A DNA stretch of 64,000 nucleotides from Eledone cirrhosa (lineage: Eukaryota), in NCBI GenBank assembly GCA_964016885.1, contig OZ024765.1:20398001-20462000 (forward strand), read 5' to 3'. The translations under genes and the position numbers were made by a program. This document shows positions 14,083 through 26,846 of the stretch, in pieces (the stretch's first letter is position 1; every line of letters begins with the position of its first letter). Under the pieces are notes generated by a model that worked only from the letters and a program-made list of their open reading frames with translations, made no database searches and was not told where the DNA came from.

Positions 14083-14707
14083 TATATATATATATATATT
14101 TTGTTATATTGGGGGGGGGGGGGGGGGGGTCATATTGTTATAATATTGCCAGAAATAACAACAGAACACACTCACCGTTTGTTTGTTTTTTGCTTCTGTA
14201 TCTTTTGTATCTCCATAGTTAATTTATTTGGCAATCAATGTTTATCATTGACTGACCAACGGTTAAAAATATATATATAAATATATATATATATACTGGG
14301 TATGAAATTTGTTATTTTCCTACAAATTTCATACTTGACAACCCAATATATAGCCTATCAAAGTTCTTTTGCCACATACCTGCGACATCATCAGTGTTAC
14401 TATTATACTTCCTCCTGTTTCCACATTTCTAAAAAAATAAATCATACACAAAACGCCAACACCAACAGTTTTGCAAGAGATGTCAACATGAATGGACCTG
14501 TTATTTTTATCTAAAGACATCTTTTCCAATTCCAACCTGCCTGTCCCTTCAATCCATCTTATTACTCATTCTTTCTTCTGATGAAGGACTAACGTCCAAA
14601 ATGTTAAGACCCTCTTCCTGCTATATCAAGTGTTAACCTAATATATTCCTTCCATATACTGTACCGATTGTGTTGTTATTTCTGTTTACCTTTCACATAC
14701 ATATATA

Positions 14708-14752
<45 letters not shown>

Positions 14753-14755
14753 TAT

Positions 14756-14980
14756 ACGCATTTCAAAAACAAATATCATCATGGGATGATATCTGCGTTC
14801 TCATCAGATAAAATAGGGAGACTTGATATGAAGCTTAAAAAACACTTGTGAGCAGTGAAGTTTTAAATCAACATATCTTGATTTAAAACTTCACTGCTCA
14901 CAAGTGTTTTTTAAGCTTCATATCATGTCTCCCTATTTTATCTGATGAGAACGCAGATATCATCCCATGATGATATTTGT
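14756..14980. mobile_element. Fold-back element with hammerhead core (59.7-kb family)
   Basis: Arms of about 100 bp around 14865-14877. Minus strand CTGATGA-GAACGCAGATATCAT...ATGATATTTGTTTTT-GAAA-TGCGTA. Confidence 0.75.
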
Positions 14981-15042
14981 ATATAAATATATATATATAT
15001 ATATATTTAAAAGAATAGAGGTGTAACGCACAAGTTATTATA

Positions 15043-15407
15043 TATTGGTAAACGGAATAGAAAATGCTGACAAATTGTTCACAGTGAAAAATAGTTTAAT
15101 TAGGAATAAGTGAGAATTAGTAATAGTATTGGTTAGTATTCAGTTTTGGTTTTAAGTTTTACCGGTTGCGCATTTCTAAATGCTTTTCAAAAATAATTTT
15201 GAGATAGAGCGTCCGTGATGTTTGCTCTGATCAGAGCAAACATCACGGCCGCTCTATCTTTTGAAAAGCATTAGAAATGCGCAACCAGTAAACCTTAAAA
15301 CCAAAAGTGAATACTAACCAATACTATTACTAATTCTCACTTATTCCTAATTAAACTATTTTTCACTGTGAACAATTTGTCAGCATTTTCTATTCCGTTT
15401 ACCAATA
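15043..15407. repeat. Long palindrome (arms about 180 bp) upstream of the integrin exon
   Basis: Centre GTGATGTTTGCTCTGATCAGAGCAAACATCAC. Arms ATTGGTAAACGGAATAG.../...CTATTCCGTTTACCAAT. Confidence 0.9.
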
Positions 15408-15458
15408 TATATATATATACACACACACACATATTAATTTTAAACGTTCTTACTCCAG

Positions 15459-15625
15459 ATTGTCCCCAACTGATCAATATAACATGGCTGGTTGTTGGAA
15501 TTATCGGTGGAATTCTGGTAATTGGAATTCTGGCTTTGATTATTTGGAAAGGTTTCACAACCTATTACGACAGACGAGAGATGGCACGGTTTGAAAGTGA
15601 ACAGAAAAAGGCACAGTGGCACCCT
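15459..15625 (+). CDS. Integrin beta: transmembrane and proximal cytoplasmic exon
   Basis: TTACTCCAG| acceptor and |GTAAGT donor. Encodes CPQLINITWLVVGIIGGILVIGILALIIWKGFTTYYDRREMARFESEQKKAQWHP, matching the integrin-beta WK..HDRRE.A.FE.E...A.W pattern. Confidence 0.93.
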
Positions 15626-15649
15626 GTAAGTAGAAATATTTCTTTCTTG

Positions 15650-16325
15650 ATGGTTGTGGAGGTGTGGTGGTGTGTGGGGATGGGGGTGTAGTTGTGGTGG
15701 TGGTGTTATGGTGGTGTAGTTGTGGTGGTGGTGGTGGTGCAGGTGACGGTGGCACCCTGTAAGTAGAAATATTTCTTTCTTGATGGTTGTGGTGGTGTGA
15801 TGGTTGTGTGGGGGTGGTGGTGTTATGGTCGTGGGGGTGTAGTTGTGGTGGTGGTGGTGGTGGTGGTGGTGCAGGTGAAGGTGGCACCCTGTAAGTAGAA
15901 ATATTTCTTTCTTGATGGTGGTGTGTGGTGGTGGTGGTTGTGGGGGTAGTGGTGTAGAGGTGATGGTGGTGTAGGTGTTGGTGATGGTGGTTGTGTTGTG
16001 GTGGGGAATGTGATGGTGTGGTGGTGATTGTGGCGGGGGTTGATGTTGGTGGTGGTGGAGGAAATGGTAGTGGTGGTGGTGCTGTAGAGGTGTTGTGGTG
16101 GTGGTGGTTGTGGTAGTGGTGTAGAGGTGTTGTGGTGGTGGTAGGGGTGGTGGTTGTGTTGTGTTGGGGAAGGTGATGGTGTGGTGGTGGTGGGGGAAAT
16201 GGTAGTGGTGGTGGTGCTGTAGAGGTGTTGTGGTAGTGGTGGTTGCGGTGATGGCAGTGGTGATCTCTTCCTTCCTTGATGGTGATGATGATGGTAGTAA
16301 TAGGGGTGATGGTGGGGTTGGTGGT
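15650..16325. repeat. (GGT)n-rich region with duplicated splice-donor segments
   Basis: GTGGCACCCTGTAAGTAGAAATATTTCTTTCTTGATGG recurs at about 15749 and 15881. Confidence 0.9.
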
Positions 16326-16339
16326 ATATCTGTGATTAT

Positions 16340-16812
16340 GTTCAGCCTTACAGGGTTGATAAAATACAGTACCAGTAATACGCTGTGGTGGAATTGACTT
16401 TCTACCCCCCCCAAAAAAAAATTGCTGGCCTTGTGCCAATGCTTTGCAGCAAAGAGTTACGGCCCTTTATTGTCTGAGTTCAAATCCCGCCGAGGTTAAC
16501 TTTGCCTTTCATCCTTACGGGGTCGATAAAATAAAGTACCAGTAATACACTGGGATAATTGCTGGCCTTGTGCCTAAAGTAGGAACAATTATTACGGGGT
16601 CGATAAAATAAAGTACCAGTAATACACTGGGATAATTGCTAGCCTTGTGCCTAAAGTAGGAACAATTATTACGGGGTCGATAAAATAAAGTACCAGTAAT
16701 ACACTGGGGTAATTGCTGGCCTTGTGCCAAAAGTAGAAACAATTATTATTAAATAAAGTACCAGTAATACACTGGGGTAATTTGCTGGCCTTGTGCCAAA
16801 AGTAGGAACAAT
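16340..16812 (+). mobile_element. tRNA-SINE fragments with tandemly repeated 3' half
   Basis: GAGTTCAAATCCCGCCGAGG (B-box) followed by GCCTTTCATCCTTACGGGGTCGATAAAATAAAGTACCAG. The ~79-bp 3' unit is repeated. Confidence 0.8.
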
Positions 16813-17119
16813 TATTACTATTAGAATTTTTACGGTCAGGGTGACCGTGGCTTTTTTGTGGGCTTTCCCCCACGGGCGACCCTTGGAGGTCCCCCCTTTG
16901 GGGGAATTTTTTATTGTTTATTTTTTTGTCACATCCTCTGTTTTTTTTTTTTTTTACACACACAAATGCCCATTTGTACCGTTCTGTGTTGTCCTTAATG
17001 TCTACTTTATGGCAACCCTTGTGGTTAATAAAGAAAGCATTATTATTATTATTATTATTAGTAGTAGTACCAGTAATGCACTGGGGGAATTGCTGGCCTT
17101 GTGCCTAAAGTAGAAACAA

Positions 17120-17326
17120 TTATTATTATTATTATTATTATTATTTTTACTATTATTATTACTACTACTACCTCTACTACTACTACCACCACCACTGCTA
17201 CTACTACCTCTACTACTACTATTACTACTACTACCTCTACTACTACTACTACTACTACTGTTACTACTACTACCTCTACTACTACTACTACTACCACTGC
17301 TACTACTACCACTACTACTACTACCT

Positions 17327-17360
<34 letters not shown>

Positions 17361-17612
17361 CACTACTACTACCACTACTACTACCACTACTACCACTACC
17401 ACTACTACCACTACTACCACTACCACCACTACTACCACTACCTCTACTACTACCACCACTACTACTACCTCTACTACTACCTCTACTACTACCACTACTA
17501 CTACTACTACCACCACTACCACCACTACCACTACTACCACTACCACCACTACTACTACCACCACTACCACTACTACCACTACCACCACTACCACCACTAC
17601 TACTCCCACTAC
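17120..17612. repeat. (ATT)n/(ACT/ACC)n repeat
   Basis: Direct inspection. Confidence 0.95.
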
Positions 17613-17909
17613 TCTCCTGGTACACATGTCCTGACAAGATGTAAAGTCTGGTTTAGTGACACAACATCTTAAGCATGTGTTAAGTACTGTCCCAGCAGGT
17701 AGACTACCTACCTTAGACTGTTGTAATATATCAACATACTAATCTTATTTATACTTAAACTAACTGGCCCTCTGCCGTCTAAAAAGACAGCTAATTGTCA
17801 TCATCATCATCATCATCTCATCATTGTTTAACATCCATTTTCCATGCTAGAATATGTTGGACGGAATATGGTTCATTAAAACAATTATATTTATATTTAT
17901 AATTAATCA

Positions 17910-19244
17910 GTCCACGCTGTAATGTGGCCGTGTAGGCAACACGGTAAAAACCTCCCAGCCCCACACTGTAAATGTGGTTGGTGTTAGGAAGGGCATCCAG
18001 CTGTAGAAAACCCGCCAGACAGTCCACGCTGTAATGTGGCCGTGTAGGCAACACGGTAAAAACCTCCCAGTCCCACACTGTAAATGTGGTTGGTGTTAGG
18101 AAGGGCATACAGCTGTAGAAAACCCGCCAGACAGTCCACGCTGTAATGTGGCCGTGTAGGCAACACGGTAAAAACCTCCCAGCCCCACACTGTAAATGTG
18201 GTTGGTGTTAGGAAGGGCATCCAGCTGTAGAAAACCCGCCAGACAGTCCACGCTGTAATGTGGCCGTGTAGGCAACACGGTAAAAACCTCCCAGTCCCAC
18301 ACTGTATATGTGGTTGGTGTTAGGAAGGGCATCCAGCTGTAGAAAACCCGCCAGACAGTCCACGCTGTAATGTGGCCGTGTAGGCAACACGGTAAAAACC
18401 TCCCAGCCCCACACTGTAAATGTGGTTGGTGTTAGGAAGGGCATCCAGCTGTAGAAAACCCGCCAGACAGTCCACGCTGTAATGTGGCCGTGTAGGCAAC
18501 ACGGTAAAAACCTCCCAGCCCCACACTGTAAATGTGGTTGGTGTTAGGAAGGGCATCCAGCTGTAGAAAACCCGCCAGACAGTCCACGCTGTAATGTGGC
18601 CGTGTAGGCAACACGGTAAAAACCTCCCAGTCCCACACTGTATATGTGGTTGGTGTTAGGAAGGGCATCCAGCTGTAGAAAACCCGCCAGACAGTCCACG
18701 CTGTAATGTGGCCGTGTAGGCAACACGGTAAAAACCTCCCAGCCCCACACTGTAAATGTGGTTGGTGTTAGGAAGGGCATCCAGATGTAGAAAACCCGCC
18801 AGACAGTCCACGCTGTAATGTGGCCGTGTAGGCAACACGGTAAAAACCTCCCAGCCCCACACTGTAAATGTGGTTGGTGTTAGGAAGGGCATCCATCTGT
18901 AGAAAACCCGCCAGACAGTCCACGCTGTAATGTGGCCGTGTAGGCAACACGGTAAAAACCTCCCAGCCCCACACTGTAAATGTGGTTGGTGTTAGGAAGG
19001 GCATCCAGCTGTAGAAAACCCGCCAGACAGTCCACGCTGTAATGTGGCCGTGTAGGCAACACGGTAAAAACCTCCCAGCCCCACACTGTAAATGTGGTTG
19101 GTGTTAGGAAGGGCATCCAACTGTAGAAAACCCGCCAGACAGTCCTATGCGAGCAAGACAACCACTCTTGCCTCAAGTGGGAAAACTCCCGTCCAAACCC
19201 ATGCAAGCGTGGAACACGGATGTTAAACGATGATGATGATGATG
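17910..19244 (+). mobile_element. 5'-truncated RTE whose 3'UTR is amplified as 11 x 112-bp tandem repeats
   Basis: The unit matches the RTE 3'UTR and the element ends GTTAAACG(ATG)n. AAAACAATTATAT.TATATTTATAATTAATCA lies on both sides (TSD-like). Confidence 0.9.
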
Positions 19245-19565
19245 AATCAAAACAATTATATATATATTTATAATTAATCAAAACAATTATATATATATAT
19301 GTCGGTTTGATGTTTTTTTTTTTCCCTGTTTTCTCTTTTCTTCCCTTTTCCCTCCTATTTTCCTTCCCTCCCTCCTCCGTTTTCCCAATAACTTACCCAG
19401 TTATTGATGCCCTGGGCGGTAGATATCTTGTCTTTAAAGCATGGAAATATCCGAGACCCCCAGTAGACAACTGATGAGGAAACCCCCCGCGCCATGTTCT
19501 TGATTTCTTCTTATTTTCACTCCATTTTAAGTTACCTTAAATAGCAACTACACAGCCATTTCTAT

Positions 19566-19626
<61 letters not shown>

Positions 19627-20271
19627 ACTTAATTCTGCCTTCCAAACAAGTCAACTCCAATTGATCTTTTAAGTCTCTCATAAACTCTCTTTAAACCCAA
19701 AAACATTTGGGATTATTAAATTTGCTAAGGTAAGATTCTTTTATCTTAGCAATTTTAATTTTCTTTCTAGTGCATTGTATGGTTTTCAAAATTATTTAAA
19801 TTAACGATATATATATATAACAATGATCATGATGATGATCATCATCATCGTTTAACGTCCATCTTCCACGCTAGCATGGGTTAGACGAGTTTGTCCCATT
19901 TAGAGGCAAGTTGGGTCGGGTGACCATGTCTCGCTCATATAGGAGAGTTTGTGGCTGGTTTTCTATGGCTGGATGCCCTTCCTAATGCCAACCACATTTA
20001 CAGTGTGCGCTGGGTGCTTTTTGCCTTGTCGCCTACACAACCAGGTTGAAGAAGACAGAGGGAAGACGGGAACACCTACAAAACGTGCTCCTGGTGTCGA
20101 GGGCTGTTGTACGGGGTGTAATACCACGCAGTAACGTTCCCCCATATTTGGGATTTCAATTGTTTTATTTTTATTTTTATATAGTTTATTGTCATCCATT
20201 ATTGTTAAACCTCTGCAGTCACATTTTGTAATGTCCCATTTTTGTATGCCCTTGTGGCTAATAAAGAAAGA

Positions 20272-20299
<28 letters not shown>

Positions 20300-20303
<4 letters not shown>

Positions 20304-20852
20304 ATCTGCTGTCACATATGGGACAAATCCAGTTGACTGCCGAGTCCATAGTAAGGATCAAACCGCCAACTTCTTTCAAAAATGAAAGAGAGGCGTTTTT
20401 CCTCTGTACAGCGGCTATGGGGAAAGAGGTTATATGGTGGACGAGATTGAGAGCACTGAGGACAGATGCCTTTCTCTCCGGACAACAACTCATTCCCTTC
20501 TTTAGATACCACTTTAGAGTGGAGAGAGAGGCACTGCACCCCAGTAAATTTACTGAAAGGTGGGTGAATGTGGCAAAAATGGCCCGAGTGATTGGGCCTT
20601 CTCTGTATATAAACCTGTAAGTTGAAGAAGAGAGCAAAAGGAAGAAAGGAGCACTTGCACAACACTCCTGAAGTTGAGGGTTGTTCTATCTACAGGGTAT
20701 TAAACTACCCATTTGTGGCGCCTCCCCCCTATTGAGGATTTCGATTGTTAAATTTGTTTGTTTTATATTTTTACACGACTGTATGTAAAATCCCCGGCAT
20801 GTGTCTTTGTATTGTCCCGTTTTCTTGTGCGCCCTTGTGGCAAATAAAGAAA
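20300..20852 (+). mobile_element. L1/Tx1-like LINE 3' fragment in (ATCT)n
   Basis: GKEVIWWTR...FTERW C-terminal pattern. The 3' end CCCTTGTGG..AATAAAGAAA also occurs at about 17017-17037 and 20250-20270. Confidence 0.5.
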
Positions 20853-20942
20853 TATATCTATTCCAGCAAGCCATCCCTATCTATATCTATCTATCATCTA
20901 TATCTATCTATGTATCTATCTATATTTATCTATCTATTCCAG

Positions 20943-21011
20943 CAAGCCAACCCAATCTATCATCCAGCTTCAACGACATTCGAGAACCCTGTGTGGCGGC
21001 GCGAGAAGTAA
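20943..21011 (+). CDS. Integrin beta: terminal coding exon
   Basis: CTATTCCAG| acceptor, phase 0 matching the upstream donor. Encodes QANPIYHPASTTFENPVWRREK*. Confidence 0.9.
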   Translation, partial: QANPIYHPASTTFENPVWRREK

Positions 21012-21365
21012 AAAATGAATGGATAGAGAAAGGACAGGGCTTAGCAGGCTGAGAGAGGGAGAGGAGAGAGACAGTCACCCCACCCCTACACATCTTTTTC
21101 TCTCTCTCTCTCTCACACAAGAGAAGAAAAACTAAATTGAAAAAAAAAATGGAAAAAAACGAAAAAAAAAAACAACAAACAAAAGCACCCTCCGAAAAAC
21201 ATTGTCGTATGGTTCATCTTAAAATACCAGTCATGCGCTGGGGTCGATTAAATCGTCTTTTACCCTCACCTGTCTCCCACCCACCCCCCTCGCACACATT
21301 ACTGGTCATGTGCCTAACGGAGATGCAATTACCATTATTATTGTTATTTTTATTATCATTATTAT

Positions 21366-21604
21366 CGGTGGTTTGGCAGTAACCAGTAGAGCGTCGGACA
21401 CCGTGCTTCGTGGCACAGAGTTATGGCCCTTTACGTTCTGAGTTCAAATCCTGCCCCGAAGTTAACTTTGCTTTTCATCCTTACAAGGTTGATAAGATAA
21501 AGTACCAGTAATGCACTGGGGTTGATTTAATCAACTTTCCCCACCCTACCCCCAAAAATATTTGGCCTCACGCCTAAATCAGAAACCGCTATTACTATTT
21601 TTAT

Positions 21605-21636
<32 letters not shown>

Positions 21637-22102
21637 GACCGGTAGATTGGCAAAATCGGTAGAGGGTCGGACGTCATGCTTTGTAGCATAGAGTTACGGC
21701 CCTTTATGATCTCAGTTCAAATTCCACCGAGGTTAACTTTGATTTTCATCCTTACAGGGTCGATAAAATAAAGTACCAGTAATGCACTGGGGTTGATTTA
21801 CTCGACTTTTCTCCCCCCCCCCCCCCCCATAATTGCTGGCCTTGTGCCTCTCCTAGAAACTATTATTATCATTATTGGTGGTTTGGTAGTCATCGGTAGA
21901 GCGTCCAATGCCATGCTTTGCAGCATAGAGTTACGGCCCTTTATGATATGAGTTAAAATCCCGCCGAGGCTAACTTTGCCTTTCATCCTTACAGAGGTCG
22001 ATAAAATAAAGTACCAGTAATACACCGGGGGGTCGATTTAATCGACTTCCCCCCCACCCACCCCTTTAAATTGCTGGCCTTGTGCCTAAAGTAGAAACAA
22101 TT
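21366..22102 (+). mobile_element. Three head-to-tail tRNA-derived SINE copies
   Basis: Each has an A-box-like TTGGCAG/TTGGTAG, a B-box GTTCAAAT, the conserved TTTCATCCTTAC..GGTCGATAAAATAAAGTACCAG core and an (ATT/ACT)n tail. Confidence 0.85.
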
Positions 22103-22274
22103 ATCATTCTTATTATTCTTATTATTATTATTATTATTATTATTATTCGTAACAGTTTTGTTCTGGCAGATGTTATACCAACAATATACCAAAAGAGCAA
22201 GCCCATAGCCAATAGGCCGAAGTTCCTTTGAGTCACTCCTTCTTCTTCAACTTTCTAACACCTTTTATTATTAC

Positions 22275-22317
<43 letters not shown>

Positions 22318-22407
22318 TATACTGTCAAAAAGAATACATATATATATATATATTTTATATTGTATGAGATTTACATTATTGTATATATATTCTTACATGC
22401 ACTAACA

Positions 22408-22409
<2 letters not shown>

Positions 22410-22447
<38 letters not shown>

Positions 22448-22460
22448 ATATATGTATGTA

Positions 22461-22535
<75 letters not shown>

Positions 22536-22558
22536 ATGTATGTATATGTATGTGTATG

Positions 22559-22590
<32 letters not shown>

Positions 22591-23185
22591 TGTATGTATA
22601 TATATATTATATATGTATATATATATGTATATATACATATATGTATATATATATTATATATGTATATATATATTATATATGTATATATATATGTATATAT
22701 ACATATATGTATATATGTATATATATACATATATGCATATATGTATATATACATATATGTATATATGTTTATATACATATATGTATATATATATATATGT
22801 ATATATACATATATGTATATATATATATATGTATATATACATATATGTATATATATATATGTATATATACATATATGTATATATACATATATGTATATAT
22901 ATATATGTATATATACATATATGTATATATATATGTATATATACATATATATATATACATATATGTACATATGTATATATACACATATATATATACATAT
23001 ATGTACATATGTGTATATATATGTATATATACACATATGTATATATACATATGTATATATGTGTATATATACATATATGTATATAAGTGTATATAAACAT
23101 TTATGTATATATGTGTATATATACATATATGTATATAAGTGTATATATACATATATGTATATATGTGTATATATATACATACATG

Positions 23186-23221
<36 letters not shown>

Positions 23222-23320
23222 TATACATATATATATATACATCCAAGCAAGCCCACAATTAATAACCGCCAGCCATTATGTCTGGTGTATATATACATAC
23301 ATACATACATACATACATAA
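22410..23320. repeat. (TA)n-derived microsatellite
   Basis: Direct inspection. Confidence 0.95.
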
Positions 23321-23369
23321 GAGTGACCCCTTATGTATATATAAGAATATAAGATGTAAACATGAAGAC

Positions 23370-23797
23370 TAAGAGTTTCTTGCTCTACAAAAAAAAGGTC
23401 CAAACTTTATTGGATGTCTGTTGACTTTCCTGAGTTCCTCCACCCTGCGACTTAGTTGACATCCAATGATGTAGACCAGTTCTACTTTCTGGAGCGAGAG
23501 ACCCCTAGTCTTCATTAATACATCTTTAGTTGACATCCAATGATGTAGACCAGTTCTACTTTCTGGTTAAATACTTTCGATGCTCAGAGACTGGGATTGG
23601 CTCCGTGCAAAGCCTTTCCTCACTAAAAAAGCTTCAAACACAGACATCATTAGATATGTGACATTTTTTTGCAATGGATGGTATTGCTGGCCACAGGCAA
23701 GCCCCTAGCAGGACTAAATCCCATGCCTCTGATGCTCATGTTTAAGTATCATGTGATGGCATTATTCGAAATCAAGTTGCAGCCATCATCATCATCA
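23370..23797 (+). mobile_element. Diverged RTE/BovB-like 3' fragment
   Basis: Ends ATTCGAAATCAAGTTGCAGCCATC(ATC)n, resembling the tail at 2910-2941. CTAGCAGGACTAAA resembles LAGLK. Confidence 0.45.
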
Positions 23798-23809
23798 TAT
23801 ATAAATATG

Positions 23810-23948
23810 TAATATATATATACATATATGTATATATATATATATATATATACACATGTATATATATATATATATATTCGTATATGCATATATATGTATG
23901 TATATGTCTCTCTATATATATATGTATATATATATATATATATATACA

Positions 23949-24009
<61 letters not shown>

Positions 24010-24048
24010 GTATATGCATATATATGTATGTATATGTCTCTCTATATA

Positions 24049-24087
<39 letters not shown>

Positions 24088-24146
24088 GTATATATATATA
24101 TATATTTGTATATGCATATATATGTATGTATATGTCTCTCTATATG

Positions 24147-24193
<47 letters not shown>

Positions 24194-24336
24194 GTATATA
24201 TATATATTTGTATATATATATATATATTTGTATATATATATATATATATATATTTGTATATATATATATATATTTGTATATATATATATATATATATATT
24301 TGTATATATATATATATTTGTATATATATATATATT

Positions 24337-24385
<49 letters not shown>

Positions 24386-24412
24386 ATATATATATATATA
24401 TATATATATTTG

Positions 24413-24451
<39 letters not shown>

Positions 24452-24454
24452 TTG

Positions 24455-24493
<39 letters not shown>

Positions 24494-24496
24494 TTG

Positions 24497-24546
<50 letters not shown>

Positions 24547-24557
24547 CATATATATAC

Positions 24558-24650
<93 letters not shown>

Positions 24651-24660
24651 TATATACACA
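23810..24660. repeat. (TA)n-derived microsatellite
   Basis: Direct inspection. Confidence 0.95.
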
Positions 24661-25436
24661 ATTATATTAAGGCTAAAAACTGAGTTTTTGTAACTCTGGA
24701 GTTTCACCTGTTTATGACAGGGTCATCAGACAAGGAGTAACATTTGAAGGGCTGACACAAATTCCTGAGATCCTTTCAATGGCTGATAATACCTTACCGG
24801 TGCCACTCGAATAAGTTAATTATTTAACTCATAAATGGGGCCCTAATAGGTACTACTGCTCCGGGCCAGAGTAGACCCGGGAGTGATAACAATTAAGGGG
24901 TAACTCCACATTCCCCACAACTCCTGAACTCTCGAACTGGAGCCTTGCCACTGGATGTAGTTTAATGTCATACCCAGAACACACACACACACACACACAC
25001 ACACGTATATATACATATATATATACATATATAATAATAAATGTGAAGACTAAAAACCAAAGAGGGCTCCATAAGGATAAATATATATCAAATATATAAG
25101 AACCCTAGAGCAAATATTTATTAAAATAACAGATTAAAGTTTAAGCAAATATTTACTTCTGCGTTCACAGATTGATTTTTTTTTTAGTTTCAGAAGATCC
25201 CGTTAAGGGTGAAAGCAGCGATTCTTTGTTTAAACTTTAATCTGTTATTTTAATAATTAAATAAATATATATATGAAAAGAGTTAGGACCCCCGACAGCT
25301 GAGCTCTGGCCGTTTCGACAGTTAGATCCAAACTCAGCCATCGGGGTCCTGAATCTTTTCATATTTTCCACTCGACTATGCCAAGTATTGTGTACTTTGG
25401 TGGGTTATGGTCTACCTGGTATTTTACCACACACTA

Positions 25437-25494
<58 letters not shown>

Positions 25495-25687
25495 CAAAGA
25501 AGGTGTGGTAAGATACTAGGTGAACCATAACCTCCTGTTGAAATGGCCAGAGCTCAGCCTTCGGGGTCCTGACTCTTTACCTATATATATATATATATAT
25601 ATGCAAAAGTTTTATTTAAAATTGTTGGGTTACAACAAGTAAATATTTTTATAACTGATATAAAGCACTCAACAAGTTTTGGAGTAG

Positions 25688-26061
25688 ATATACGATATTA
25701 AACAAATGGAAACTATATTTATAAAACCATATCTATTTCATTATACATATTTCAGGGATACCATATTAAAAATATGGCATGCCTTCTTCAGATAAAATAC
25801 AATATATAAGCAGTTTTATAAATAAATTTGACGTACCATAAATATTGATCAACTTCCATTTACGAAGTTGGTTTCGTACGAAGTTGGTTTCGTACATGGA
25901 AGTTGATCAATATTTATGGTACGTCAAATTTATTTATAAAACTGCTTATATATTGTATTTTATCTGAAGAAGGCATGCCATATTTTTAATATGGTATCCC
26001 TGAAATATGTATAATGAAATAGATATGGTTTTATAAATATAGTTTCCATTTGTTTAATATC

Positions 26062-26066
<5 letters not shown>
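25688..26066. mobile_element. Fold-back element with a hammerhead in each arm
   Basis: Arms of about 170 bp around a duplicated TACGAAGTTGGTTTCG spacer. Confidence 0.85.
25958..26019 (+). ncRNA. Hammerhead ribozyme fold
   Basis: TTTTAT-CTGAAGA-AGGCATGCCATAT TTTTA ATATGGTATCCCT-GAAA-TATGTA-TA-ATGAAA. Mirror copy at about 25736-25797 on -. Confidence 0.75.
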
Positions 26067-26094
<28 letters not shown>

Positions 26095-26098
<4 letters not shown>

Positions 26099-26339
26099 AA
26101 AAAAAGGAAAAGAATGCTTTCACTTGTAGTGTTAAAAAATGTTTGATTTAATTTTATAATATTATAATATTATGAGTTTGTAGATCCAGTAAGTTGTTTG
26201 TTAACTTCGGTGGGAAGGATTTTATAGATTCCTGGTTAACTTGGGTTGGAGAATTTTATAATATTATAATATTATAAAATTAAATCAAACATTTTTTAAC
26301 ACTACAAGTGAAGTCATTCTTTTCCTTTTTTTCAAATAT
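26095..26339. repeat. Inverted repeat (arms about 80 bp)
   Basis: TTTGAAAAAAAGGAAAAGAATG...TATAATATTATAAT and its reverse complement. Confidence 0.85.
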
Positions 26340-26391
26340 ACCTATCTGTACCAAGGATCTCACACATTTTCCAATAGTTATATATATATGA

Positions 26392-26441
<50 letters not shown>

Positions 26442-26581
26442 CGAAGGAAATGTGGTAATGAACCAGGTGGACCATAACGCACCGAAGTACTCAATACTTG
26501 GGGTAGTAGAGTGGGTAGTGAGTATATATATATATGAGTATGTATATATATGAGTATATATATATGAGTATATATATATAT

Positions 26582-26629
<48 letters not shown>

Positions 26630-26717
26630 CTATATATATATATATAACGATATATATATATATATATATAACGATATATATATATATATATATAACGATA
26701 TATATATATATATATAA

Positions 26718-26771
<54 letters not shown>

Positions 26772-26846
26772 CGATATATATATATATGTGTGTGTGTTAA
26801 TAAAAGATTGGGCGCCATATTCATTGATTCAGTTTTATTTAAAACT

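Noticed and set aside
1-15400. Upstream integrin exons
   Set aside because: No Cys-rich extracellular exon was recognised; it probably lies outside the window or was missed.
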